A program made the position numbers and the translations under genes. Positions 26,954-39,822 of a stretch of 64,000 nt of DNA are shown here, one piece after another. Each line of letters opens with the position of its first letter. Positions within the stretch are counted from its first letter, which is position 1. The notes under the pieces were generated by a model. The model was not told where the DNA came from. It saw nothing but the letters and a program-made list of their open reading frames with translations, and searched no databases. The stretch comes from Balanoglossus misakiensis (taxonomy: Eukaryota; Animalia; Hemichordata): NCBI GenBank assembly GCA_040954595.2, contig CM082598.2, positions 6,153,097 to 6,217,096 of the forward strand, given 5' to 3'.

Positions 26954-27533
26954 AGCCCCAGTATTTCTCGTGTGTATCCATTTTTCATCATCGAAAAATG
27001 CCCGTTTTTCCTGTACATTCATCATGGAATACTACATAATGAAGATAGAAGAAAGGTTTTGGCAACTGTAGCTACGTGCAAGCTGTAAACACTTGAAATG
27101 ATGCGCGGGTTTGTTTACAACGGAAATGTTGTACATGTCGATCAGCAAACGTGCCACTTTGACATTTGATGGTCAGACCATTTTCGGATTTGATCTGGTT
27201 CCATCGACTGATTTCTCCCATAAAGTTATCTTCCCAAAATTTCACCGAATTAGTGCGCATTTCTTCGCTGAGTCGCTTGATTTGGGGCGACCAAACGTCT
27301 TCCGCATAGATTCACATTGGAGTGCGCATGCGCACTAGTCACGTGTGTCAACAGAGCCTGACTTTCTGTCCGGACAGAAAGTCATTCTTCACTCGTTATA
27401 TTGTAAATTGTATGAGTTTATGAGCAGAGCTGGGGATGATGACTGTTCGATTCAGTATCAATTATCATCTACTTTTAGAAATTATAGATGCCGTTTCAAA
27501 CAAAATTTTGCCCCTACGAGAAATACTGAGGCT
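26954..27533. mobile_element. 580-bp non-autonomous TTAA-targeting DNA transposon (Kolobok-like MITE)
   Basis: TIR AGCCCCAGTATTTCTCGT / ACGAGAAATACTGAGGCT (1 mismatch). TTAA TSD at 26950-26953 and 27534-27537. The empty site CATATTAAGGCAAG is present in copies 2 and 3. Confidence 0.92.
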
Positions 27534-27695
27534 TTAAGGCAAGTTTTTACAGCAAAAGTAAAATCTGTCCTGCCATTTCACAGCTTGGATTTTACACTGC
27601 CGTGTAAACTTGCGTCTTCACCCCCGCTGCAGTAATACGCACTGTTAAGTGTGTAATTTATGTAATATGTTAAATATTTGTGAATTATTATCGCA

Positions 27696-27725
27696 AGGGT
27701 TAGGGTTAGGGTTAGGGTTTAGAGT
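27696..27725 (+). repeat. Short interstitial telomeric repeat (TTAGGG)n
   Basis: AGGGTTAGGGTTAGGGTTAGGGTTTAGAG, absent at the paralogous positions (~32643, ~37565). Confidence 0.85.
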
Positions 27726-30309
27726 TTATGTCAGCATGTTATTAAGTTTAAATTGAATATTTTGGCGTTCAAAAACTCACAAAGCAAACGAATTTCACCA
27801 CAGTTTCATGACGTCCAATACACGGAAGAGCCATACTGCTGTGACCTCACCGTGAGGTTACACACTGTAGAGGTCAACTTGTCTTCTAAGGGCGGAAAAT
27901 GTTCTGTTTATTTTGCGTGCTGCCGTTACACAAGGTCCTAAACATATAGTGAGTACCCTTCTACACATATAGTGAGTACCCAGTTATTTAGCTTTAATAG
28001 TAATCTTTCAGTCACCAAGTCATTATTTTTTGTATCTTATTTGGTTTTGGAGTAATTCCACATCGAAATCAGTCTGGAAGCAGTCATGGGTAACTGGACA
28101 TGTTTTATTGAGTCTAGCGTAAAAGTAGGTCATGTAAACCATGAACTGAAGTGTCTATGTGTGTTTTTTTTTACTTTTACAATTATTATAACACTGAACT
28201 TGATCTGTGAAAAATACGGTATTCAGTGGTGTGTATCGCCTCATTCAAAATTTAACGGACGTGGCTCAGTTGATTGGATGTATGTAAATTAGGGCTTGGC
28301 TATTTGACTGTATAAGTCCCGCCATGAATGACGTCCCTATTCGCATGTATCTCTTCTTACGTGGAAGCAATTAGTTCCACTTTGGGCGTAACACCCTGAC
28401 TGTTTTGTCGATGTCGCCTCTCGATACTGCACAGATAAAATCAATCTACATGAATCATGTCCTCGGTATGGAGGGGCTTACAGAGTTTTTCAATTGTCCA
28501 CACGGGGTCAGACAAAAATGCAGACTAGTTATGGAAGTGTTCCTAACTAACCATGCACAAATTATTTCTATTAATATAAGCACAACATGTAAAATATAAA
28601 TCAACCAGGTAGACTCATGTCTCCCCCTACAGTAAGTGACAATTCCTTTCATAGTGCACAACTTACTCAAGTATAGACACTTGATGTTAGCAAACAGTCT
28701 CATAGGTGTAGCCTGGACCCCTGTCCAATTCCTGCTGCTGGTTAGTGACAACAGGGTTAGAAAGTGGGCAGGGAACAAGAGTATCTTACAGGCCTCTTTT
28801 ATGACCCCTTTGTGACCTTACATCCTGGTGGTTTGTAGGTATGACATCATTCATCATTCAATGTTTAACACAACATCCAGCCTTTCCAGCCTTTTCTAAC
28901 AGGCAATGTTCAACAGTGCATTGATTCAATAGCATGGTTGGCTGTTCCAGAATGTAAACTCGAAATTGTAAACTCACACCGACAAAATGCCAGGATGTAG
29001 AGGTCATAAGGGGTCATAAAAGTGGCATGATGTAGCACAGTAGCCAGTGGTGTAATTTTTAACTTCAATTTTTAACTTCATTCATATTTCTTGGCAGCAA
29101 TGTTATTATAAATATTGACTGACATCTACTTAAAATTATATTTTTTGTGTGTGTTCACAAAGTTTCTTTGCGTGCAGTCAAATACACACTGCACTGAACC
29201 ACAAAAGTTGTCATTTTCTGCAACAATTAAACCATAACATTTAATGCAAACAATTTATGGAATCATATCACATAATACATTTATATTTTCATTTTCTATG
29301 GTGTTGATTTGAAATCCAGTCAGTATCTCATTTTCTGTTCCACATAGAAAGAAACTGTCAGCCTCATTTTACCATAAAGCTCCAGTCTATGTACTACATG
29401 CATTACAGTCTAACAGCCAAGGGCTCATTAACATAATTTATACAGTATTCTAATTCAAAATTGTGGTCCGTTGGAGTTCCTCTCACTGTACACAGTAAAA
29501 TTGTCGTTGAAATTGTGGTCTTTTTTTTTCCTTTGACTGTGGCATCAAAACTAAACGGATCGGCACAATCTTTGCTGGATGAAAGGTTAGTGTAACCCTC
29601 TATACTAATAGCTATTTTTTTTTAACTTTTTTGGTGAAGAATTGATCATTTTTGGACAAGTAAAAATGCCATGTAAATCTCATTTCTGAACTAGGGTCGA
29701 TTTGAATTCTGCGCGTCACCGTTAAGACAAGGTTTATATCCTTTAAGAGTTTCACACATGAAAGATAATGATCACAACTTTATATCCCGAAAGGTTCAAG
29801 TGTGTACTATGAACGTAGAATGTTTGGTGATTTTTTGAAAATTTGCCTTTTCTGGGGAAAATGGCAGCCAACTCGTACACTGTGACGTGATGTGCAGTGC
29901 GTAAAACAGTAGTCCTGCGTACAGGTCTGTGTGTTCCTGGCATGACACGGCCTCCACCGGCATTACACGGCCTCCACCGTGGAATGCCGGGAGCACACAG
30001 ACCTGTACGCAGGACTACGTAAACAGCTGTTCATGTGTACAGCTATAGCATTGATGGACTGTAGAAAGCACATTTGATGAGTTATTTTTACAATGTTAGC
30101 AAGTAATTTGTCCAAAATGAACAGTCCGTGTTCAGGTTGTTAATGTCCAATGGAGAAATGTACTCTAAAGTGGGGCAATTTCCGCAGGTATTTAGCTATT
30201 AAAAAGTGAGCATGAAATTGGCATGCCTAATTTTATGTGTATTGTAATACACTTATTTCTATTAAAACTGTAGTTGGGTTTATATTATTCTCAGAAGTAT
30301 CAGAATGTT

Positions 30310-32430
30310 TGCTTTCTGTGGTAAAAATGTTTGAAAACAATAGTGACCATGATACAAGTAGGGAGAATCTTTATCTCCTGTGTGATAAATTGTCAATAGA
30401 CAAGGCTCAGTTTGATGGTGTTGCAGCATACCCCTTGTGTCAGTCACATTCTATGATGGCAAAGAGGCAGGCCCATTGTGTATGTTCGTCGTGTTCAACT
30501 AGATGTGATAAACGCACTGCACGTCGTGTACCTGAACTGTCCTTGTTGAAGAAATTCCATGCTGAATCTGGAACACCATTCATATTAAACGAAAGAAGCA
30601 TAGTGTGCTTCACATGTTACCAAAAAAATATGACATCACTGTGAAATTACAGTCTGAAATTCAGGCTGGATGTCTGATCTCAAAGGATGACGATTGGCGT
30701 GCTGTTGTTGAAAAGTTCAACAAACTTGTTGATACAGATCTGAATCAACTGAGTGAATCTCAGTTTCTGCGTGTTGCAATTAGTAAAACCATTTGTTACG
30801 TAGGTAATAAATTGTTGGATAAACATTCCTTACTTTTGCTTGATGTTAAAGATTATTTCTATGAAACCATTGAGAATAATTATAAATTGACAACAGTCAA
30901 ACTTGAACCATTACACTATTATAAGAAAAATAATAGTTGGATATGACAGAGTTAACCCGTGAATTGTATCCTCAACACTTGTCTATTAAGTCATCAAGTA
31001 ACCGGATATACTCCACTCTCTTATATCGGTCTGGTGTTGACACCAAAATAGCACTTATCATTCATTGGACGAAAATAGACAACTCACTCTGTCATATAAA
31101 GCACAACTGGCCACACTTGAAGACAAAATTAAAAAATTAAGTAGAATAAATACAGACTTCTTTCACATGTTACATCTGGTAGGGGACAAACTAAATTCTT
31201 TAATACAGAAACAAGCTGGTTTAGAGTTGGATTTTGAGAGATATTGTCAAAGCATGTCTGCAAGAGATGATACATTCAAGTTCTGGTGTCCGTTTGTTAA
31301 GGAAGACTGCTTTGCATATTGTTAACTCCAGGACGCGCGAATGCACAGGGCGACAATCGCCCCTCCTTGAGCAGTCCACCCGGCCAGTACATGCGCGTCC
31401 AAGCCTAGCCTCGACTCCATAGCAAGCCCTATCAGTCAAAACACTGGGGAAACGGCAGATATTACTGTGTGCTGGCATATACATTTTAACTTCCCACCCC
31501 CAAAAACTATGTTGTAGATGACTTTCACATTCATTTACGTGTAATTTAGCACCAGGGCTGTAGTGTGCAATTGTTGGAACAGCCACAGAGTTCTGTCTGG
31601 ACACTGTCTGAATTTAGAGCACACACTCTGCACTCAAGTCAACTTGTTGTTATGGCGACTTTTGAAATTGGGTTGGCAGAACGTAACAATGCAAATTAAG
31701 AGAACTGTGTTCATGCCATGGCGATTATCAAGAATGTATCAGTTTTCCATGACCTCGTTTTCTTACTTAGGAAGGAAAGTCATTCAATATGTACAGAGAC
31801 TGTTATTTGAGTAGTGTGCCTAGCCACAGATGGGGAAGTGTAGGCAGAAATCTGAAGGAATATATACCACTTCAATTTATTTCACTATTATTGGTTTCAC
31901 AATCTAATATTTTGGCAGCTAAACTGAGACTTTTAAAATCAAACAAGAACATTTTCCCAGGTATTTCTGGAGTTTTCCCACCGACTAGAGTGACATTGAA
32001 TAGAGGTTTGATTAATGTTTTTACTGGGGAGGTAGCAGACAAACTTGTCCAGGAAGACTTAAAGCCCTGTAGGGAAACTGGAAAGAATGACGTGTGGCAT
32101 ATGTCTGAGTAAGAATCTTGTTTCAGCCTAGTACAGGTGCCCCAGTTGCTGGTAAAGTGAAAAAAAAAAGACAAAACGATAAAAAAGGAGACAAGGACCA
32201 CAGAATTGTGACAGCATGTTTGAAAAAGCAAATAGCTCACTCAAAGAAAACTGGGGAACCAGTAACATCACTGGAACAGTTTGTCACCTTTCCAATAGCA
32301 ATTGCTCTCTCTCTGATGGTTCCCCTTATAAGAGTCAGAAAAGTAATGTGACCGAGATTCTTGCTCGAAATGGACAAGTATAATATGAAAATTTTTTTCA
32401 TCAAGGATCGCTCTTTCCTGCACAATACAG
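30310..32430 (+). pseudogene. Frameshifted transposon-like ORF relic, copy 2
   Basis: Paralogue of 24790-26910 with shared and private frameshifts. Confidence 0.45.
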
Positions 32431-35239
32431 AATGATATCCTGCAATTATTTTTGATACTTAAGTTCTGTTCTTAATCATATTAAGGCAAGTTTTTACAGC
32501 AAAAGTAAAATCTGTCCAGCCATTTCACAGCTTGAATCTTGCACTGCCGTGTAAACTTGCGTCTTCACCCCCGCTGCAGTAATACGCACTGTTAAGTGTG
32601 TAATTTATGTAATATTTTAAATATTTGTGAATTATTATCGCAAACAATATAACTGAATTATGTCAGCATGTTATTAAGTTTAAATTGAATATTTTGGTGT
32701 TCAAAAAACTGACAAAGCAAACGAATTTCACCACAGTTTCATGACGTCCAATAGACGGAAGAGCCATACTGCTGTGACATCAACGTGAGGTTACACACTG
32801 TAGAGGTCAACTTGTCTTCTCAGGGTGGAAAATGTTCTGTTTATTTTGCGTGCTGCCGTTACACAAAGTCCTAAACATATAGTGAGTACCCTCCTAAACA
32901 TATAGTGAGTACCCAGTTATTTAGCTTTAATAGTAATCTTTCAGTCACCAAGTCATCATTTTTTGTATCTTATTTGGTTTTGGAGTAATTCCACATTGAA
33001 ATCAGTCTGGAAACAGTCATGGGTAACTGGACATGTTTTATTGAGTCTAGCGTAAAAGCAGGTCATGTAAACCATGAACTGAAGTGTCTATGTGTGTGGG
33101 TTTTTTTACTTTTACAATTATTATAACACTGAACTTGATCTGTGCAAAATACGGTATTAAGTGGTGTGTATCGCCTCATTCAAAATTTAACGGACATGGC
33201 TCAGTTGATTGGATGTATGTAAATTAGGGCTTGGATATTTGACTGTATTAGTCCCGCCATGAATGACATCCATATTCGCATGTATCTCTTCTTTTACGTG
33301 GAAGCGATTAGTTCCACTTTGGGCGTAACACCCTGACTGTTTTTGTCGATGTCGCCTCTCGATACTGCACAGATAAAATCAATCTACATGAATCATGTCC
33401 TCGGTATGGAGGGGCTTACAGAGTTTTTCAATTGTCCACACGGGGTCAGACAAAAATGCAGACTAGTTATGGAAGTGTTCCTAAGTAACCATGCATAAAT
33501 GATTTCTATTAATATAAGCACAACATGTAAAATATAAATCAACCAGGTAGACTCATGTCTCCCCCTACAGTAAGTGACAATTCCTTTCATAGTGCACAAC
33601 TTACTCAAGTATAGACACTTGATGTTAGCAAACAGTCTCATAGGTGTAGCCTGGACCCCTGTCCAATTCCTGCTGCTGGTTAGTGACAACAGGGTTAGAA
33701 AGTGGGCAGGGAACAAGAGTATCTTACAGGCCTCTTTCATGACCCCTGTATGACCTTACATCCTGGTGGTTTGTTTGTATGACATCATTCATCATTCAAT
33801 GTTTAACACAACAGCCAGCCTTTTCTAACAGGCAATGCTCAACAGTGCATTGATTCAATAGCATGGTTGGCTGTTCCAGAATGTAAACTCGAAATTGTAA
33901 ACTCACACCGACAAAATGCCAGGATGTAGAGGTCATAAGGGGTCATAAAAGTGGCATGATGTAGCACAGTAGCCAGTGGTGTAATTTTTAATATGAACTG
34001 TGCAACTTCATTCATATTTCTTGGCAGCAATGTTATTATAAATATTGACTGACATCTACTTGAAATTATATTTCATTTGTTTGTTCACAAAGTTTCTTTG
34101 CGTGCAGTCAAATACACACTGCACTGAACCTCAAAAGTTGTCATTTTCTGCAACAATTAAACCATAACATTTAATGCAAACAATTTATGGAATCATATCG
34201 CAATTCATTTATATTTTCATTTTCTATGGTGTTGATTTGAAATCCAGTCAGTATCTCATTTTCTGTTCCACATAGAAAGAAACTGTCAGCCTCATTTTAC
34301 CATAAAGCTCCAGTCTATGTACTACATGCATTACAGTCTAACAGCCAAGGGCTCATTAACATAATTTATACAGTATTCTAATTCAAAATTGTGGTCCGTT
34401 GGAGTTCCTCTCACTGTACACAGTAAAATTGTCGTTGAAATTGTGGTCTTTTTTTTTCCTTTGACTGTGGCATCAAAACTAAACGGATCGGCACAATCTT
34501 TGCTGGATGAAAGGTTAGTGTAACCCTCTATACTAATAGCTATTTTTTTTTAACTTTTTTGGTGAAGAATTGATCATTTTTGGACAAGTAAAAATGCCAT
34601 GTAAATCTCATTTCTGAACTAGGGTCGATTTGAATTCTGCGCGTCACCGTTAAGACAAGGTTTATATCCTTTAAGAGTTTCACACATGAAAGATAATGAT
34701 CACAACTTTATATCCCGAAAGGTTCAAGTGTGTACTATGAACGTAGAATGTTTGGTGATTTTTTGAAAATTTGCCTTTTCTGGGGAAAATGGCAGCCAAC
34801 TCGTACACTGTGACGTGATGTGCAGTGCGTAAAACAGTAGTCCTGCGTACAGGTCTGTGTGTTCCTGGCATGACACGGCCTCCACCGGCATTACACGGCC
34901 TCCACCGTGGAATGCCGGGAGCACACAGACCTGTACGCAGGACTACGTAAACAGCTGCTCATGTGTACAGCTATAGCATTGATGGACTGTAGAACGCACA
35001 TTTGATGAGTTATTTTTACAATGTTAGCAAGTAACTTGTCCAAAATGAACAGTCCGTGGTCAGGTTGTTAATGTCCAATGGAGAAATGTACTGTAAAGTG
35101 GTGCAATTTCCGCAGGTATTTAACTATTAAAAATTGAACATGAAATCGGCATGCCTAATTTTATGTGTTTTGTAATACACTTATTTCTATTAAAACTGTA
35201 GATGGGTTTAAATTATTCTCAGAAGTATCAGAATGTTTG

Positions 35240-37350
35240 CTTTCTGTGGTAAACATGTTTGAAAACAATAGTGACCATGATACAAGTAGGGAGAATCTTT
35301 ATCTCCTGTGTGATAAATTGTCAATAGACAAGGCTCAGTTTGATGGTGTTGCAGCATACCCCTTGTGTCAGTCACATTCTATGATGGCAAAGAGGCAGGC
35401 CCATTGTGTATGTTCGTCGTGTTCAACTAGATGTGATAAACGCACTGCACGTCGTGTACATGAAATGTCCTTGTTGCAGAAATTCCATGCTGAATCTGGA
35501 ACACCATTCATATTAAACGAAAGAAGCATAGTTTGCTTCACATGTTACAAAACAATTTATGATAACTGTGAAATTACAGTCTGAAATTCATGCTGGATGT
35601 CTGATCTCAAAGGATGACGATTTGCGTGCTGTTGTTGAAAAGTTCCACAAACTTGTTGATACAGATCTGAATCGACTGAGTGAATCTCAGTTTCTGCTTG
35701 TTGCAATTAGTACAACTATTTGTTACTTAGGTAATAAATTGTTTGATAAACATTCCTTACTTTTGCTTGATGTTAAAGATTATTTCTATGAAACCATTGA
35801 GAATAATTATAAATTGACAACAGTCAAACTTGAACCATTACACTGTTATAAGAAAAATAATAGTTGGATATGACAGAGTTAACCCGTGAATTGTATCCTC
35901 AACACTTGTCTATTAAGTCATCAAGTAACCGGATATACTCCACTCTCTTATATCGGTCTGGTGTTGACACCAAAATAGCACCTATCATTCATTGGACGAA
36001 AATAGACAACTTACTCTGTCATATAAAGCACAACTGGCCACACTTGAAGACAAAATTAAAAAATTAAGTAGAATAAATACAGACTTCTTTCACATGTTAG
36101 ATCTGGTAGGGGACAAACTAAATTCTTTAATACAGAAAAAAGCTGGTTTAGAGTTGGATTTTGAGAGATATTGTCACAGCATGTCTGCAAGAGATGATAC
36201 ATTCAAGTTCTGGTGTCCGTTTGTTAAGGAAGACTGCTTTGCATATTGTTAACTCCAGGACGCGCGAATGCACAGGGCGACAATCGCCCCTCCTTGAGCA
36301 GTCCACCCGGCCAGTACATGCGTGTCCAAGCCTAGCCTCGACTCCATAGCAAGCCCTATCAGTCAAAACACTGGGGAAACGGCCGATATTACTGTCTGCT
36401 GGCCTATACATTTTAACTTCCCACCCCCAAAAACTATGTTGTAGATGACTTTCACATTCATTTACGTGTAATTTAGCACCAGGGCTGTAGTGTGCAATTG
36501 TTGGAACAGCCAAAGAGTTCTGTCTGTGCACTGTCTAAATTTAGAGCACACACTCTGCACTCAAGTGAACTTGTTGTTATGGCGACTTTTGAAATTGGGT
36601 TGGCAGAAGGTAACAATGCAAACAAAAAGAACCGTTCATGCCATCCTGATTATCAAGAATGTATCAGTTTTCCATGACCTCGTTTTCTTACTTAATTAGG
36701 AAGGAAAGTCATTCAATATGTACCAGAGACTGTTTATTTGAGTAGTGTGCCTAGCCACAGATGGGGAAGTGTAGGCAGAAATCTGAAGGAATATATACCA
36801 CTTCAATTTCTCCACTATTTATGGTTTCACAAGCTAATATTTTGGCAGCTAAACTGAGACTTTTAAAATCAAACAAGAACATTTTCCCAGGTATTTCTGG
36901 AGTTTTCCCACCGACTAGAGTGACATTGAATAGAGGTTTGATTAATGTTTTTACTGGGGAGGTAGCAGACAAACTTGTCGAGGAAGACTTAATGGCCTGT
37001 AGGGAAACTGGAAAGAATGACTTGATGGCATATGTCTGAGTAAGAATCTTGTTTCAGCCTAGTACAGGTGCCCCTGTTGCTGGTAAAGTGAAAAAAAAAA
37101 CAATAAAAAGGAGACAAAAAAACAGAATTGTGACTGCATGTTTGAAAAAGCAAATAACTCACTCCAAGAAAACTAGGGAACCAGTAACATCACTGGAACA
37201 GTTTGTCACCTTTCCAAGAGCAATTGCTCTCTCTCTGATGGTTCCCCTTATAAGAGTCAGAAAAGTAATGTGACCAAGATTCTTGCTCGAAATGGACAAG
37301 TATAATATGAACATTTGTTTCATCAGGGATCGCTTTTTTCCTGCACAATA
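35240..37350 (+). pseudogene. Frameshifted transposon-like ORF relic, copy 3
   Basis: Paralogue of 24790-26910. Confidence 0.45.
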
Positions 37351-38299
37351 CAGAAGGATATCCTGCAATTATTTTTGATACTTCAGTTCTGATCTTAATC
37401 ATATTAAGGCAAGTTTTTACAGCAAAAGTAAATTCTGTCCAGCCATTTCACAGCTTGGATTTTACACTGCCGTGTAAACTTGCGTCTTCACCCCCGCTGC
37501 AGTAATACGCACTGTTAAGTGTGCAATTTATGTAATATGTTAAATATTTGTGAATTATTATCGCAAACAAAGTAACTGAATTATGTCAGCATGTTATTAA
37601 GTTTAAATTGAATATTTTGGTGTTCAAAAAACTGACAAAGCAAACGAATTTCACCACAGTTTCATGACGTCCAATAGGCGGAAGAGCGATACTGCTGTGA
37701 CCTCACCGTGAGGTTACAGACTGTAGAGGTCAACTTGTCTTTTAAGGGCGGAAAATGTTCTGTTTATTTTGCTTGCTGCCGTTACACAAAGTCCTAAAAA
37801 TATAGTGAGTACCCAGTTATTTAGCTTCAATAGTAATCCTTCAGCCACCAAGTCGTCATTTTTTGTATCTTATTTGGTTTTAGAGTAATTCCACATCGAA
37901 ATCAGTCTGGGGTAACTGGACATGTTTTATTGAGTCTAGCGTAAAAGTAGGTCATGTAAACCATGAACTGAAGTGTCCATAATCGCACGTATCTCTTCTT
38001 GTACGTGGAAGCGATTAGTTCCACTGTGGGCGTAACACCCTGACTGTTTTGTCGATGTCGCCGCTCGATACTGCACAGATAAAATCAATCAACATGAATC
38101 GTTAAAGTTTAAGCTATGTATAGCTGAGTGCCAATTACTGTTAGCAACAATGTTATTTTACAATAATTTTGTAGTTAGCGAGATGTCACTCAAATGAGTG
38201 GGTGTGGCCATGGTGTTGTGATGTTATTCGCACATTAATTAAATATGTCGCTTTGGTCCAAAAACACGATTTGTTCCAACACGTTTTTGTCTCACTTAA

Positions 38300-38647
38300 A
38301 GGGACAAAGTCTCCCTCTCGCTGCCCTTTTTTCCATTAATTATATTTGATACAAGACACCGTTTGTTATTCTACATGTGGATATATAGTGAATGAACGTT
38401 CAACCACACACAACTTCCATCACTCTTATAGACAGGAGAGTGAAAAAACTCGCCAAAATGAATAATCGTTCTTTACCATTTATTCATTTTGGGCGAGTTT
38501 TTACTCTCATATCATACAAGTGGGATGGAAGTTTTGTGTGGTTGATCATTGATTCACTATATATCCACATGTACATTAACATAAACAGTGTCTTGTATCA
38601 AACATAATTAGTGGAAAAAAGGGCAGCGAGAGAGAGACTTTGTCCCT
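38300..38647. mobile_element. ~350-bp fold-back MITE with long TIRs and TTAA TSD (Kolobok-like)
   Basis: AGGGACAAAGTCTC...GAGACTTTGTCCCT flanked by TTAA (38296-38299, 38648-38651); imperfect inverted arms over 100 bp. Confidence 0.9.
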
Positions 38648-39469
38648 TTAACGTCACTGCGTTTGGATGATACGATCACAGTTGTTGTTTGTTTGTTTGT
38701 TTGTTTGTTTTTTTTTGGGGGGGAGGGGGCAGAGTGGAAGATACCTGTGTTCTCTCTGATAATTTAGCCCCAAAGTTACTATAAACTCCCCTCTTAAGGA
38801 TTTACGCGCAGAACGTTTAAATGTTACCAAGAGACGATCATGCACTATCCTCGCCTAGTATCTAGCCGTCAACTTTGCTTCCAAAACTAACATCTAGGTC
38901 AAGCATGCCACTGGCCCAATAAAACCTGATAGCCCTTGCTGGGAGTTGTGATCGTGCCTGGGGAGTGACGACTGTTTGAGTTGCACATTTTATTAACCCT
39001 CGGAAATGGTGGCGTTTTGGGGCTAAAAAAAAAAACAGTTTTTGATATTATGTCATTCAATTTGAAGTAGGTAAAAAAAGTTGACCATGTATCATGCATC
39101 TTAATATGTCATTCGAAACTAGAGTACACATGCAAAAAAGCGAAAATTTTGATTTACATTTTCTGTTTCCATTGAGGAGTAACAGCGTTTGAAAGTTAGA
39201 TTTTTAGAATATTTGATCAAATTCATGATGAGTTGTATTGAATGAAAGTTATTTATTCCCGCTAGGGACACTTAATCGACTAAAAAACATTTTTTGTATT
39301 GTTGGATGGGTCATACACAATCCCCTGTTAAAATTTGAGCAAATTTGGCCAACGCAGAGCGAAGCTAAATTCTTCTGAAGTTGTCAAGAGCAGCGAAAAT
39401 GCAAAGAGACCAGCTGTTTTATTTAGTGTATGTACAGTACATGTGCCATTGGCAGCTTATGGGTCAGTC

Positions 39470-39600
39470 AGTGCTTGCCCATTGATCTCTCGCTATGTGT
39501 GTGTCTGTCTGTCGGTCTGTCTGTATATGGCCATGTACTCCGGTGTAGACTTATTCTTGTGTAATCCCTCAATGGGACCAGTGTCCTTGACGCGATTTTT
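39470..39600 (+). mobile_element. 3' fragment of a family-B HINE-like element
   Basis: GTGTAATCCCTCAATGGGACCAGTGTCCTTGACGCGATTTT matches the tails at 45920-45958 and 49740-49772. Confidence 0.6.
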
Positions 39601-39792
39601 TTTCTTTGTAGCGCAGCTCGTATTTACTTATAGTTACTTATTGCCTTTTTTACAGATACAGTCTTCAAAATCATATGATAGCTAGACAACGCAATCCCAA
39701 CAAAACTAACTTGCCAGTTGAACTCAAGACTGCAACATCGTGCTATGATGTAATTTGTGAATGTATTCCAAGGCAATGTTAATGACATAACA

Positions 39793-39822
39793 ATGGCTTC
39801 CCAGAAAGATAAAAACCCACAG
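39793..39822 (+). CDS. Putative first coding exon of the ANK-Roc gene (MASQKDKNPQ)
   Basis: ACAATGG start context, strong donor CAG|GTAAGT, and phase 0 matching the next exon. Confidence 0.55.

Larger units (their letters stand above)
23769..38100. repeat. Tandem triplication of a ~4.9-5.5 kb segment
   Basis: Unit start AATTAAACCATAA at ~23769, 29225 and 34155. Near-identical ORF fragments recur in all three copies (e.g. 25536, 31065, 35992). The third copy is truncated near 38100. Confidence 0.95.
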
